From an uncultured archaeon (GTDB taxonomy: Archaea; Asgardarchaeota; Heimdallarchaeia; Heimdallarchaeales; Kariarchaeaceae), in NCBI GenBank assembly GCA_964645535.1, contig CAZYCQ010000002.1:46939-63750 (forward strand): DNA of 16,812 nt, given 5' to 3'. Positions 16,262-16,812 of the stretch are shown here, piece after piece. Every line of letters starts with the position of its first letter. Position 1 is the first letter of the stretch. The translations under genes and the position numbers were made by a program. The notes under the pieces are model-generated. The model had not been told where the DNA came from. It was given only the letters and a program-made list of their open reading frames with translations, and did no database searches.

Positions 16262-16812
16262 ATGATATTTCTTACTTGTCCATCCTGTGATGCCACAATA
16301 AAAATGAAGTGGGTCAATGAAGGAGACCAACTCGTATGCTATAAGTGCAAGACCACCTCGACAATTGCCAAGGATAAAAACAACAGGTTTTTCCTTGAGG
16401 AAGAGTTTTTTGAGGATCTCAAGGATATCGTAGAGGACATTGATTTTGAATTCGATGAGGATTTTGATGATGGAATGGAAAACGACCTTGAGGATGAATT
16501 TGACCTGTTTCCTGAGGAGGGCGTGGAGTTTGTGCACACAGAAGAGGATTTGGATAGCTACGGGGTGGAAATAGCCATCGATGAGATTGATGAAGACTTT
16601 TATGAGGAAGATATCTTTCAGGATGAGTTTGGAGACACCTTTGAAGAATATCAAGAAGATTTCCTTGATGATTATGAGGATTTTGAGGATGCCGATGAAA
16701 TCGAGTTTGCCTTTGAAGAAGGGGAATACAATGCAGAAATTGAGCTAGAGCCCCCCATTGAGGGGTACAATGTTAAGGTTGAATATGAAGATGACGATGA
16801 GTTCGAGGATGA
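16262..16812 (+). CDS. C4 zinc-ribbon protein (LysW-like spacing) with very long Asp/Glu- and Phe/Tyr-rich tail; 3' end outside window
   Basis: Not in the ORF track. Manual translation gives MIFLTCPSCDATIKMKWVNEGDQLVCYKCKTTSTIAKDKNNRFFLEEEFFEDLKDIVEDIDFEFDEDFDD...EYEDDDEFED, open for 183 codons to the window end. SD-like GGGGTGA at 16250-16256; an alternative in-frame ATG is at 16232. Confidence 0.88.
   Translation, partial: MIFLTCPSCDATIKMKWVNEGDQLVCYKCKTTSTIAKDKNNRFFLEEEFFEDLKDIVEDIDFEFDEDFDDGMENDLEDEFDLFPEEGVEFVHTEEDLDSYGVEIAIDEIDEDFYEEDIFQDEFGDTFEEYQEDFLDDYEDFEDADEIEFAFEEGEYNAEIELEPPIEGYNVKVEYEDDDEFED

Noticed and set aside
16150-16262. Frameshift or read-through fusing the topoisomerase (…KECWK…) to the downstream zinc ribbon
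   Set aside because: There is a clean TAA followed by a T-tract, a second in-frame TAA before the next gene, and the downstream gene has its own SD-like element. No slippery site is evident.
16262-16400. Calling the last ORF lysW
   Set aside because: The Zn-ribbon spacing is similar, but LysW is ~55 aa ending in EDWGE within lysine/arginine biosynthesis clusters; neither feature is visible here.
16229-16654. Minus-strand track ORFs 16229..16654 and 16339..16539
   Set aside because: They are antisense shadows of the GAN-codon-rich plus-strand acidic ORF, which has a CxxC...CxxC motif and an SD-like element.
1-16812. tRNA/rRNA/ncRNA genes, CRISPR arrays, IS elements, integrases; remaining short track ORFs nested in the called genes
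   Set aside because: Intergenic gaps are all under about 160 bp with no cloverleaf, repeat-spacer pattern or terminal inverted repeats seen, and no transposase-like ORF is present. The nested ORFs overlap well-supported genes and lack motifs.

Overview
Gene-dense archaeal chromosomal segment with no RNA genes, CRISPR array or mobile element visible. Archaeal origin is inferred from the archaeal/eukaryotic-type ProRS, NurA, TATA-like boxes about 22-25 nt before start codons, oligo-T terminators and a heavily N-glycosylatable surface protein. An Asgard (Heimdallarchaeia-like) source is plausible from the TPR family style and a PCI-like protein but cannot be proven here. Gene order: [<1..2144 -] large secreted surface glycoprotein missed by the ORF track; Nudix (MutT/MTH1-like, -); Zn-dependent HDAC-family deacetylase (-) divergent from a GNAT acetyltransferase (+); a co-directional minus-strand run of PCI/winged-helix-like protein, proS, HhH + YprB/RNase_H_2 exonuclease, JAMM/MPN+ metalloprotease and a 557-aa unknown; TIP/AQP8-like aquaporin (+); TPR protein (+); NurA without HerA (-) downstream of a 613-aa unknown polytopic membrane protein (-); type IA topoisomerase lacking C-terminal Zn ribbons (+); and [16262..>16812 +] a Zn-ribbon protein with a ~49% Asp/Glu, aromatic-rich tail, also missed by the ORF track. 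Best leads: the PCI + MPN+ neighbourhood, the hyper-acidic Zn-ribbon protein beside the topoisomerase, the membrane protein-NurA pair, the HDAC/GNAT pair and the aquaporin selectivity filter. All functional links are hypotheses from adjacency and motifs.
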